A DNA stretch of 17,346 bases from a virus, in UHGV virus genome UHGV-1699866. One strand, written 5' to 3'. Positions within the stretch are counted from its first letter, which is position 1, and the number at the start of each line of letters is the position of its first letter. The translations under genes were made by a program, and so were the position numbers. Positions 9,065 through 16,401 of the stretch are shown in pieces. The notes beneath the pieces were generated by a model that saw only the letters and a program-made list of their open reading frames with translations, was not told the DNA's origin and did not search any database.

Positions 9065-10921
9065 CTATATGGTTACGCCTTTACTTATAACTCTACGGCG
9101 TCTTCTACGTATACCTGACGAGTTCTGCACATACACATTACCTCGCATTTCCTGTTCGGCAAGCCAGTTAAAATTAGGGTTCAGAATTTCCATCGCGGCA
9201 GTTGCATAGTTACGGCAATCAAGAGGCTCGTTACGCTCGTAGACTTTCACCCACTTTTCTTTTGTCTGCCCATTTTTATATTCAAATATTTTTTTCTCTG
9301 ATAATAATCCTTTAAAGTATTCGGTATCATATCCTCTGTCAGAATCTAATGGGAAATGCATATAACCAGGACCAGGATCATGTAGTTTAATTCTTGCCAT
9401 GATGGTCCCTTTACCATCATCAACCCCCAAATTAAACAACATAGCACCCACACGGTTATTATTACTTGGCTTTCCTATAAATGGTAAACCTACCCCACCA
9501 CGCCCCCTGATAGAGTATATTCGCCTTGATTCTCTCGGCTTAGTAAAGCGATATACCTCTGTCGTAAAATGCCCACCAGAGTCAATACAAACGGAAGAAA
9601 TCTGTAATTTTCGACCGTCACGGAATGACCAGCTACGGAGTAAGTATTCATCAAGTTGTTTCCAGACAACATCTTGTGCGGGATCACCTGGGAATATTTT
9701 ATATTCTATCCCCCATGACTCCTTACCTTTTCCCCAACCGACCAATTCACAAACTAAATACGTGTCCTGTACGTCAACACCAGCACTTAACAATAAAACA
9801 TCATCTGGTAAAAACTCTTCAAACCTTATTCTGCGTTGCAACAAGTATTCAGGATCGATATCGTCTTTAGCATCCTCTTTCCATGGCTCACCCAGCTTAA
9901 GGTTAATAAACTCCATTAATCCATTTTTATCGCGGTTTCTGGTTGCTTCCGTAAATTCTTCAACCAGCTCTGACAATGCAACCCACGGGGAGTAAAGACT
10001 GTTAATATGAAAACCAACAATACCTTTAACTCCAGTATGTTCAGCTATCCATACCCCCTTCGCCAACCAATCAACGTCTGGTTTACCAGATCCGCGCATA
10101 ATCCCGCCGCACTCACAGCACTCATATCTGGCCGTTTCCGGTAACGCCTCACCTGAATCGCTCTTATCCCATCTGACTTGCGACCATTTCATCACCTGCA
10201 TGGTGCCACAACATGGGCAAGGAACATGGTAGTAACGCTGATCGGAGAGCTTAAACCACTTGTGGATTTTGCTTGTTTCCTCCAAAACAGGAGTAGAAAC
10301 AAAAACTTTCTTACGATTATGAAAGTTGGTAGTACGCTGAATACCTAGTTTTAGTGGGTCGCCCTCCTGCGTCACACCGTAACGATCAATCTCATCAGCT
10401 AACAGTATTCGAATTGGCCTGGATGCAAGACCTGCTGGGGAATTAGCACCAACAAGTGCTATATATCCACCAGCGTAATGCTTCATACGTATAGTCGTGC
10501 TGGACTTTTTGGCTGCACCGCGCCCCTCTTTCCCTTCATGCAGCTTGTGTTTCAAACCAGGGGAATATTTGAACGTCGGATCAATACGCTCTTTTGAAAA
10601 AGCCTCAGCCGCCTCTACCGTTGGATAAATCATCAACTGAGGAGATGGCTCCTGATCTGCAAAGTAACCCATAACATTTAGCTGTAATTCGGATTTACCA
10701 ATTTGCGAGCTACATTGCATCACTACTGTTTCTGTATCAGCGTCACCAATAACATCCATTGGTTCACGCAAATATGGCACTCGGCTTGTACGCCACGGCC
10801 CTGGCTCTGGAGACGTTCCCGGCGCTACATGACGATACTTATCAGCCCATTCGGAAACAGTTAGCCGTGATTTAGGGCGAAGCGCACGGAAAAAAGCGGT
10901 GCTCCATACTGTTTCGCCCAT
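9065..10921 (-). CDS. Terminase large subunit, lambda gpA family
   Basis: 618 aa; Walker-A-like QCSSQIGKSE; VPCPCCG (cf. lambda VACPHCG), CIDSGG (cf. CWDTGG) and NEPLDC (cf. NEALDC). Confidence 0.85.
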   Translation of the reverse strand: MGETVWSTAFFRALRPKSRLTVSEWADKYRHVAPGTSPEPGPWRTSRVPYLREPMDVIGDADTETVVMQCSSQIGKSELQLNVMGYFADQEPSPQLMIYPTVEAAEAFSKERIDPTFKYSPGLKHKLHEGKEGRGAAKKSSTTIRMKHYAGGYIALVGANSPAGLASRPIRILLADEIDRYGVTQEGDPLKLGIQRTTNFHNRKKVFVSTPVLEETSKIHKWFKLSDQRYYHVPCPCCGTMQVMKWSQVRWDKSDSGEALPETARYECCECGGIMRGSGKPDVDWLAKGVWIAEHTGVKGIVGFHINSLYSPWVALSELVEEFTEATRNRDKNGLMEFINLKLGEPWKEDAKDDIDPEYLLQRRIRFEEFLPDDVLLLSAGVDVQDTYLVCELVGWGKGKESWGIEYKIFPGDPAQDVVWKQLDEYLLRSWSFRDGRKLQISSVCIDSGGHFTTEVYRFTKPRESRRIYSIRGRGGVGLPFIGKPSNNNRVGAMLFNLGVDDGKGTIMARIKLHDPGPGYMHFPLDSDRGYDTEYFKGLLSEKKIFEYKNGQTKEKWVKVYERNEPLDCRNYATAAMEILNPNFNWLAEQEMRGNVYVQNSSGIRRRRRRVISKGVTI

Positions 10922-10926
10922 GAGGT

Positions 10927-11478
10927 TTATTCTTCCTGCTTAATAAATCGGGATTCCTGGAGCGCCTGAAGCGCAAAATTAATCTCGTCTTCAATAATGC
11001 GCTCGATCTCCCTGGCTGTTTTGCCTTCACAACGGGGAGCTGCTCTTGGAGCAATACTAAATAAGCGGCTACGCAATTCATTAGCTGCCAGAAATGCATC
11101 ATCCCTGACCGCATCTTTAGCGATGAGAGAGCCTTCCTTTTCTTCAAATTCAAGGCGTTTCAGCTTTGCCTGATAAATTTTTTCTGCGGTCTTAGCCTTG
11201 TTGAATTGCACCGCAACACCGGAAGTACCACCAGCTAATCCGGCATCATCAGCGGGTAACTCTGGTTGTTCCGAAGATATCCCATGCCCTCTTTTTCCAT
11301 TTTCAGCAGATACCTCACGACCAACCTGTCGGCTCGCTTCATAAGCCGCACTGGCTTTATCAAAATCCAGCTTGCCGCTTTTCAGCACTGGAATGCGACC
11401 GGAACGACAGAGCTTCGTAACCATTGCCGGAGAAATACCTTTCCGGCGGGCAAACTCTGACTTACTGACGATGGCCAT
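10927..11478 (-). CDS. Terminase small subunit (Nu1-like, N-terminal helix-turn-helix)
   Basis: Helix-turn-helix SKSEFARRKGISPAMVTKLCRSGRIPV near the N-terminus; directly upstream of the large subunit; ATG at 11478-11476 overlaps the upstream stop (TAATG). Track start at 11487 is TTG. Confidence 0.55.
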   Translation of the reverse strand: MAIVSKSEFARRKGISPAMVTKLCRSGRIPVLKSGKLDFDKASAAYEASRQVGREVSAENGKRGHGISSEQPELPADDAGLAGGTSGVAVQFNKAKTAEKIYQAKLKRLEFEEKEGSLIAKDAVRDDAFLAANELRSRLFSIAPRAAPRCEGKTAREIERIIEDEINFALQALQESRFIKQEE

Positions 11479-12068
11479 TACTTGCAACCATTAGCAAGAT
11501 ACTGAACAAATCCCTCATGCGTTTCATGCGCGTCGTGGTACTGACGATAAACATCCAGCAACAATGCAATTTCCATATCCGTCGCGGGAATACGTTCTTT
11601 ATCAATAGCCAGGTACTTAATTTGAACAACAGGGGAAGAATTATCGTCTTCTTCCTGCGGCTGTTCATCGCTTAACATTTCGTCAAGCTCTGCATCATTA
11701 AACCCAAGCAGATCAATATCAAAATCATCATCCATTAACTCTTTGACTTCTTCGGCCAGAAGCTGCATATCCCAGCCAGCATTTAAGGCCAGCTTGTTAT
11801 CTGCAATCCTGTAAGCCTTCTTCTGTTTTTCAGAAAGGTTACTCAACCGAATCGCCGGAACTTTATCCATTTCCAGAATTTCGGCTGCTGCAAGCCGCCC
11901 ATGCCCCGCAATCAGTTCATTCTTTTCATCGATCAGCACAGGATTAGTGAAACCGAACTCACGGATACTGTTCACCAACTGTTCAACTTGCTCATCTGAA
12001 TGAGTCCGTGAATTTTTGGCATATCTGAGCAACTTACCGACTGGTAAATATTCGATTTTTAGAGCCAT
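11478..12068 (-). CDS. ParB-like nuclease (ParB/Srx N-terminal) domain protein, paralog 1
   Basis: ParB-N signature ...NPVLIDEKNELIAGHGRLAAA...; translationally coupled to the small terminase gene. Confidence 0.7.
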   Translation of the reverse strand: MALKIEYLPVGKLLRYAKNSRTHSDEQVEQLVNSIREFGFTNPVLIDEKNELIAGHGRLAAAEILEMDKVPAIRLSNLSEKQKKAYRIADNKLALNAGWDMQLLAEEVKELMDDDFDIDLLGFNDAELDEMLSDEQPQEEDDNSSPVVQIKYLAIDKERIPATDMEIALLLDVYRQYHDAHETHEGFVQYLANGCK

Positions 12069-12624
12069 TTTTTAACCGCCATAACACAACAGGTTAAAGA
12101 AAACTGTTTAACTTATTGATACTAAAAGAGAAAAATGACGATCTTTTTACTCATGAAAAATCACACAAACCAGCATAATTATCTGATTTTATTAAGTTTT
12201 TATAAGTAAAAAGGATCTTGCGATGGTGTTTTGGTTAAAAGATTGGATGTATTTGCATGATTTATAACGATTTTTATCAGAACAACATCACATTGGTTAA
12301 AGATCTGCGCGTATCTTGATGATCTAAAAGAAAATTTTCCACTTTCTTTTTACCAGCACAAATACAGAAAAAATCACGTTTTCCCGATATTTTTCAATGA
12401 GATGAGTAAATTTCTTTTACCGCAACTTTTAACCTAACTTTTTTCACGTTTAGCTAGCCGAATATCGGGGTTCGAATGACCCGCATCCAACGCTTTTGTC
12501 CAGAAGGACCCAATTCTGCCGGACGATGAAACGATGCTCGTGCTCCCCCACAGACAGCCAGCGAGCGACGCTACAGAACACAGTGAATACACTCTGCATA
12601 ACAACACCATCAACCACACGATGA
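12069..12624. promoter_or_regulatory. 556-bp non-coding region: GC-rich block (about 12435-12620) plus AT-rich block (about 12069-12434) with iterated motifs; candidate cos/pac and promoter region
   Basis: Only sizeable gap in a dense operon; sits immediately upstream of the ParB-like/terminase genes; contains GGTTAAA x5, a duplicated about 45-bp unit and four GATC sites. Confidence 0.4.
12348..12465. repeat. Imperfect direct repeat (two units, about 67-70 bp apart) of form TTTTACC-GCA-C ... TCACGTTT ... CCGA(A)TAT
   Basis: Unit A about 12348-12390 (TCACGTTT at 12374-12381), unit B about 12415-12465 (TCACGTTT at 12444-12451); read directly from the sequence. Confidence 0.5.
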
Positions 12625-13344
12625 TTAACGAGAGAAGGTCTTGGAAAGAATGTCATCAATAGCCTTTGTGACTTCATCAGCAAACGCATCCTCACCAGCA
12701 CGCAGCGCCACGCCATGCCAATCAAGACGCTGCGAATAGTTAGGTTGCTGGATAAACGTAAGGATCAACGTAGGACGCCGCCCAACGCGCTGCCAGACGC
12801 CTGGTTGAAGCGGGTTACTTGTACCAGGTCGAACAACAAAAAACTCCGTAGGCTTGCCCTGACGGCGATTTTGATGCGCATCTCGCTGAACTCTTAGGCC
12901 AGATAAGACCTGCTGTAATTGCCCCCGCGAAATATTCCCGTATTTGTCCAGCTTTGCGCCGGGACCAGGAGCAATCTGCCAGCCGTTAGGCAAATATCCA
13001 CCAGCCCTTAGCGCCCCTTCTGAGCGTTTGTACTGTCGTTGGCCACCTTCGATTTGCGGAGTCAACGTTACAGGGGCTGGCGTTCCTCCCCATTCACGAG
13101 CATACACAATGGCTGTAGGATCACTCTTCTTTGCGGCCAAAACGTAAGTAGAGTTCTGAATCCACGGCGTGGGCCTGTCAAATACCCGATTAATTTCATT
13201 CTTAATCGCAGCCTGAGAAGCCTTTGCCGTTCTGGTTGCCGCAAGCGCCATTGCGAACGGCAATTCGCGTTCTTCAAGGCGCTGGAGTTGTCGTTGAATA
13301 TCCTGAGAAGAAAAATCCATCTTTATCTCAATTCTGTCAGCCAC
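12625..13344 (-). CDS. Hypothetical protein (239 aa), function unknown; third gene of the ParB-methyltransferase cassette
   Basis: GTG start with strong RBS (TAGGAGG, 5-nt spacer), 16 nt after the upstream stop; Gly/Pro/Arg/Gln-rich; GC visibly higher than the structural genes. Confidence 0.6.
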   Translation of the reverse strand: MADRIEIKMDFSSQDIQRQLQRLEERELPFAMALAATRTAKASQAAIKNEINRVFDRPTPWIQNSTYVLAAKKSDPTAIVYAREWGGTPAPVTLTPQIEGGQRQYKRSEGALRAGGYLPNGWQIAPGPGAKLDKYGNISRGQLQQVLSGLRVQRDAHQNRRQGKPTEFFVVRPGTSNPLQPGVWQRVGRRPTLILTFIQQPNYSQRLDWHGVALRAGEDAFADEVTKAIDDILSKTFSR

Positions 13345-13360
13345 CAGCGCCTCCTACACA

Positions 13361-14734
13361 CTACTTAATCAACGGCCGGAAAGCCGCCAGCACATCATCA
13401 GATCGTCCGATTGTTGAACCACCAGGCAACGGCAACTCAAACTCAAAACGAACAGCTTTCTCCAGACTCGCCCAACTAAGGGAATCATCGTTAATGACGT
13501 GCAAATACCAGCTCTTACAGTTGAATATTGACCGCTTAATCCTGAAACCATGTACACGACACAACTGCTTCACTTCCTCATCAGAGTGAAACTTCTGGTA
13601 AAACCAGTGCCCCTTCCGGTACAACGCGGTAAAACCGTCATGATCAATAAAATAAAGCCGGCTTTTGGAACTCGCCGCTTGTGTTTGCTTCAGGACTGTT
13701 TCCAGTTCTCCACGGCTACGGCCAGAAAAGAATATTGACCCACCAGCTTTACACAGGCCTTTCAGAACCGTCAGAACGGACCATTCAGCCTCGACACTAT
13801 CGACCGAGTTCAAAACGCTATCGCAAATCACGTAGTCGTAACGCCCTCGCGTTTTTAAGTCGTCCACCAGCGTATCAATCATCCGGTTTGTTGCGGCCCT
13901 ATCCAGAGTGTTTCCAGCGCCCTTACGGCGGAAAAGCTCGAGATCATGCAGGTTATATCCCTTTGCCCTGAGCATTCGCGCGTAGTCTCCCTGCCCCGAA
14001 CCAAAATCAATTCCTCTTGGCGTCTTGGCAATGATCGGGAGGATCAACGACTCATACAGATTTGATTTCAGGCTGCCACCATTACGCAACCGCATAAGCT
14101 GCGCATACGTCTGGATGTATGTTGTTTTCTCCAGATGAGAATACTCAAATACACCATAAGTTTTATTCAGATAACTTTGGTATTTTTCCTTCTCAACATC
14201 AGGGATCACAAACACCGTTAGCGGTGTGCGCGTCATTTTCGCTGCTAATGCATACTGAGCACAGTGAATAACCTCACCAGACTGAGTAGCAACACAACCA
14301 CCCCACGGACCATACTTGATAACCAGTTCCGCTATGTTCTTTCGAACATATGCCATTTTCGCGCGCATATTGCCTGAGATCTGGCTTGCCGATACCTGAA
14401 CAAAACCATGCTTATCTTCCAGACCGGACACCCTGCAACGCTCATCTCCGCTATCAAAATCCGTTCCGTTATGCAGTTGGTTAAACCGTACTTCGTCGTA
14501 TACCGTCGTTTCACAGGGCAACACATACACCGCAGCACGCGTTATTCCCAACTTACGTAGCGCCTTCGTCCTTTGGTGTCCCGCCACCAGCAAATCGCCG
14601 CGCACTATCAATGGCTTCACAAGCCCCAGCTCCCTGACGCTTTCCGCCAGCCTCGCAAGATCATCCTCACCGATAAAACGCGGGTTATATTCCGCGCCGC
14701 GTAGGTGCGTTATGTCGTAATTGAGGTGAAGCAT
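13361..14734 (-). CDS. Fusion protein: N-terminal ParB/Srx-like domain plus C-terminal class-I SAM-dependent methyltransferase domain
   Basis: N-terminus YNPR...LVKPLIVRGDLLVAGHQRTKALRKLG (ParB-N); C-terminal half has SAM motif I GIDFGSGQGD and YDYVICDSVLNSV; ATG at 14734-14732 overlaps the upstream stop (TGATG). Confidence 0.7.
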   Translation of the reverse strand: MLHLNYDITHLRGAEYNPRFIGEDDLARLAESVRELGLVKPLIVRGDLLVAGHQRTKALRKLGITRAAVYVLPCETTVYDEVRFNQLHNGTDFDSGDERCRVSGLEDKHGFVQVSASQISGNMRAKMAYVRKNIAELVIKYGPWGGCVATQSGEVIHCAQYALAAKMTRTPLTVFVIPDVEKEKYQSYLNKTYGVFEYSHLEKTTYIQTYAQLMRLRNGGSLKSNLYESLILPIIAKTPRGIDFGSGQGDYARMLRAKGYNLHDLELFRRKGAGNTLDRAATNRMIDTLVDDLKTRGRYDYVICDSVLNSVDSVEAEWSVLTVLKGLCKAGGSIFFSGRSRGELETVLKQTQAASSKSRLYFIDHDGFTALYRKGHWFYQKFHSDEEVKQLCRVHGFRIKRSIFNCKSWYLHVINDDSLSWASLEKAVRFEFELPLPGGSTIGRSDDVLAAFRPLIK

Positions 14735-15357
14735 CAGCACACCTCCCCAGCCAGCAATGCGGATACAAATCCGATATAGCTGCCATTATCATCAACATAA
14801 CGAGACACCGCGCAGTCAAAACGATCCGCTTCCTCATCCGTTGCCGGGATTTTATGACCTCCAAATGACAGGTACTGAACTTTTACGCCTGATTTGGCCT
14901 CATCCTTCTCAAATGGGATATCCATACCCTCTGTGTCATCGTAGACTGCCGCACTCAATAAGTTATCCAGTTCGCGCTGAGTAAAACCAATTGAGTCCAG
15001 AGCAAAATCATCGGCCGCAAGATCTGCAAGCTCCGCGCTTAACAACTCTTCATCCCAACCAGCATTCAGCGGAATACGGTTGTCGGCCAGACGATATGCC
15101 TTCTTCTGATTCTCCGTTAGCCCAGCCAGAACAATGCAGGGAACATCATCCATCCCCAACTGAGTGGCCGCAGCAATTCGACCATGACCAGCAATTACAA
15201 CGTTGTTCTCGTCTATCAGGATCGGATTAGTCCATCCGTACTCCTGTATGCTGGCAACAATCTGATCTACCTGCTCCACGGAGTGTGTGCGAGCGTTCTT
15301 TTCATAACCAATCAACACAGAAAGTGGTAAAGAAACCACATTAAGATGTTTTGTCAT
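14734..15357 (-). CDS. ParB-like nuclease (ParB/Srx N-terminal) domain protein, paralog 2
   Basis: ...NPILIDENNVVIAGHGRIAAA...; about half of the first ~125 aligned residues identical to the 196-aa paralog by eye (not computed). Confidence 0.7.
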   Translation of the reverse strand: MTKHLNVVSLPLSVLIGYEKNARTHSVEQVDQIVASIQEYGWTNPILIDENNVVIAGHGRIAAATQLGMDDVPCIVLAGLTENQKKAYRLADNRIPLNAGWDEELLSAELADLAADDFALDSIGFTQRELDNLLSAAVYDDTEGMDIPFEKDEAKSGVKVQYLSFGGHKIPATDEEADRFDCAVSRYVDDNGSYIGFVSALLAGEVC

Positions 15358-15486
15358 GCCGTTTATCCGCTAAAATCCCCTCGCTTGTGCAAGCAAGTGG
15401 GCCTCGGTTTGTATCCACGGCACCCTGTGGGTATGAATGACTGTCGTCAGGTCGCAACTGACGGCGGTCGCCCACCTTCCAGTAAT

Positions 15487-15528
15487 AAAAAAGCCACCAG
15501 CATTAACTCCACAGCGAGCAGGAGTTAA
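15487..15528 (-). terminator. Possible intrinsic terminator downstream of the 136-aa gene
   Basis: Perfect 8-bp inverted repeat TTAACTCC / GGAGTTAA (15503-15510 and 15521-15528) with 10-nt loop; T6 run on the transcript lies 10 nt after the stem, which is not canonical. Confidence 0.3.
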
Positions 15529-15591
15529 TGAGGCAGCTTTGGTTTGCGCATTATCGCAGCCCCTGATTAGCACAAGAGCTGCTGTAATGCG

Positions 15592-16002
15592 TTACGCAGG
15601 GATCAAACAGATGTGGCCGTTATTTACCTCAATACGGGAATATTCCGGCTTACCATCCACGATTCCGGTAATGACAAGTTCGCCATCAGGCGACCATTCT
15701 TCTTTGTCGTCTTCAAGTACCGCGCCTTCTGGCAAATCAATACAGGCAAAAACAGGGCAGCCAGGATGACGTTTATCCTCCATCGCAATCAGCATCGACT
15801 CACCGAACCACTCTGTGGTAGCACGGCCATCAGCCGCCTGATAGTGAATCAGATACTGGTTTTCGCCATTTGCATACTGAGCACGGGCTTGAACTTCTCC
15901 CCACTCTTCACTGATACGCATTGTTACCAGTTGGGATAATTCAAACTTAAACGGAACAGACTCTGCACCAATGGCAATCGGTTTATCTTCTTTCTTTTCC
16001 AT
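15592..16002 (-). CDS. Hypothetical cargo protein (136 aa from ATG at 16002)
   Basis: AGGTGA 5 nt upstream of the ATG at 16002-16000; the track's longer ORF (start 16071) would run through the upstream terminator hairpin, so the internal start is preferred. Confidence 0.55.
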   Translation of the reverse strand: MEKKEDKPIAIGAESVPFKFELSQLVTMRISEEWGEVQARAQYANGENQYLIHYQAADGRATTEWFGESMLIAMEDKRHPGCPVFACIDLPEGAVLEDDKEEWSPDGELVITGIVDGKPEYSRIEVNNGHICLIPA

Positions 16003-16013
16003 AACATCACCTG

Positions 16014-16043
16014 AAAATAAAAAGCCCCGCGACACCGCGAGGC
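16014..16043 (-). terminator. Rho-independent terminator
   Basis: Transcript GCCUCGCG-GUGU-CGCGGGGC followed by UUUUUAUUUU (8-bp stem with one G-U pair); lies between the 50-aa ORF stop and the 136-aa gene RBS. Confidence 0.65.
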
Positions 16044-16051
16044 TGTAAGAG

Positions 16052-16204
16052 TTACTTTCGATATAAATCAAGGCGCATTTGCTCCCGCTTAAGCCGAAAA
16101 GCCCTCTGCGCCACTAAGATGCGCCACAGGACACCAGCGATAACCACCAGCGAGATACAAAAACACACGGCCACAACCATCAGAAAAATGCCAACACCAT
16201 TCAT
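16052..16204 (-). CDS. Small membrane protein (50 aa): one hydrophobic helix and a basic C-terminal tail
   Basis: MNGVGIFLMVVAVCFCISLVVIAGVLWRILVAQRAFRLKREQMRLDLYRK; ATG overlaps the upstream stop (ATGA); below the 60-aa cutoff of the ORF track. Confidence 0.45.
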   Translation of the reverse strand: MNGVGIFLMVVAVCFCISLVVIAGVLWRILVAQRAFRLKREQMRLDLYRK

Positions 16205-16401
16205 GAAACTATCCATTCTTCAATGAATATCTCCAGTAATGTCAAGAGATACGCCGTCCCCAGCGCGGTTCCTACCGATATAGCTAAGACAAACCTCAAA
16301 GATAACGAGGTGTCTTTCGCTTTTCTCCAGACGTAAGCGCCAGCTAGAAATACCAACAAATCTCTTATTGGAAGCGGAAACCAGAACAAATCACTCGGCA
16401 T
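16201..16401 (-). CDS. Small membrane protein (about 66 aa from ATG 16401; two predicted hydrophobic segments)
   Basis: MPSDLFWFPLPIRDLLVFLAGAYVW...VLAISVGTALGTAYLLTLL...; overlaps the end of the 99-aa gene and is coupled to the 50-aa ORF. Confidence 0.45.
   Translation of the reverse strand: MPSDLFWFPLPIRDLLVFLAGAYVWRKAKDTSLSLRFVLAISVGTALGTAYLLTLLEIFIEEWIVS

Noticed and set aside
9399-9995. 198-aa plus-strand ORF (and other plus-strand ORFs such as 370..675, 2329..2520, 4208..4567, 6511..6937, 7726..8271, 13039..13971, 14757..15230, 15437..15939)
   Set aside because: All lie antisense within well-supported minus-strand genes (terminase, capsid, sheath, portal, ParB cassette), have no RBS context and low-complexity translations; considered shadow ORFs.
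12459-12490. tRNA-like T-loop sequence GGGGTTCGAATGACCC within the GC-rich part of the non-coding region
   Set aside because: The TTCGAAT heptamer is not flanked by complementary 5-bp T-stem arms (position 61 would be G rather than C), and no acceptor stem or cloverleaf can be built on either strand; treated as chance resemblance or at most a degraded remnant.
12434-12619. 61-aa minus-strand ORF in the non-coding region with a lipobox-like LAGC
   Set aside because: No RBS, atypical n-region for a lipoprotein signal, and it lies in GC-rich DNA where open frames arise by chance; kept as non-coding.
13361-14734. Calling the methyltransferase domain a Dam-like N6-adenine or a C5-cytosine DNA methyltransferase
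   Set aside because: No (D/N/S)PP(Y/F) motif and no PCQ/ENV motifs are visible; only a generic class-I SAM-binding fold can be supported, so substrate (DNA, RNA, protein or small molecule) is left open.
15370-15573. 67-aa minus-strand ORF filling the gap between the 136-aa gene and the ParB cassette
   Set aside because: GTG start without RBS, and it runs straight through the inverted repeat plus T-run taken as a terminator; more likely a regulatory intergenic region than a gene.
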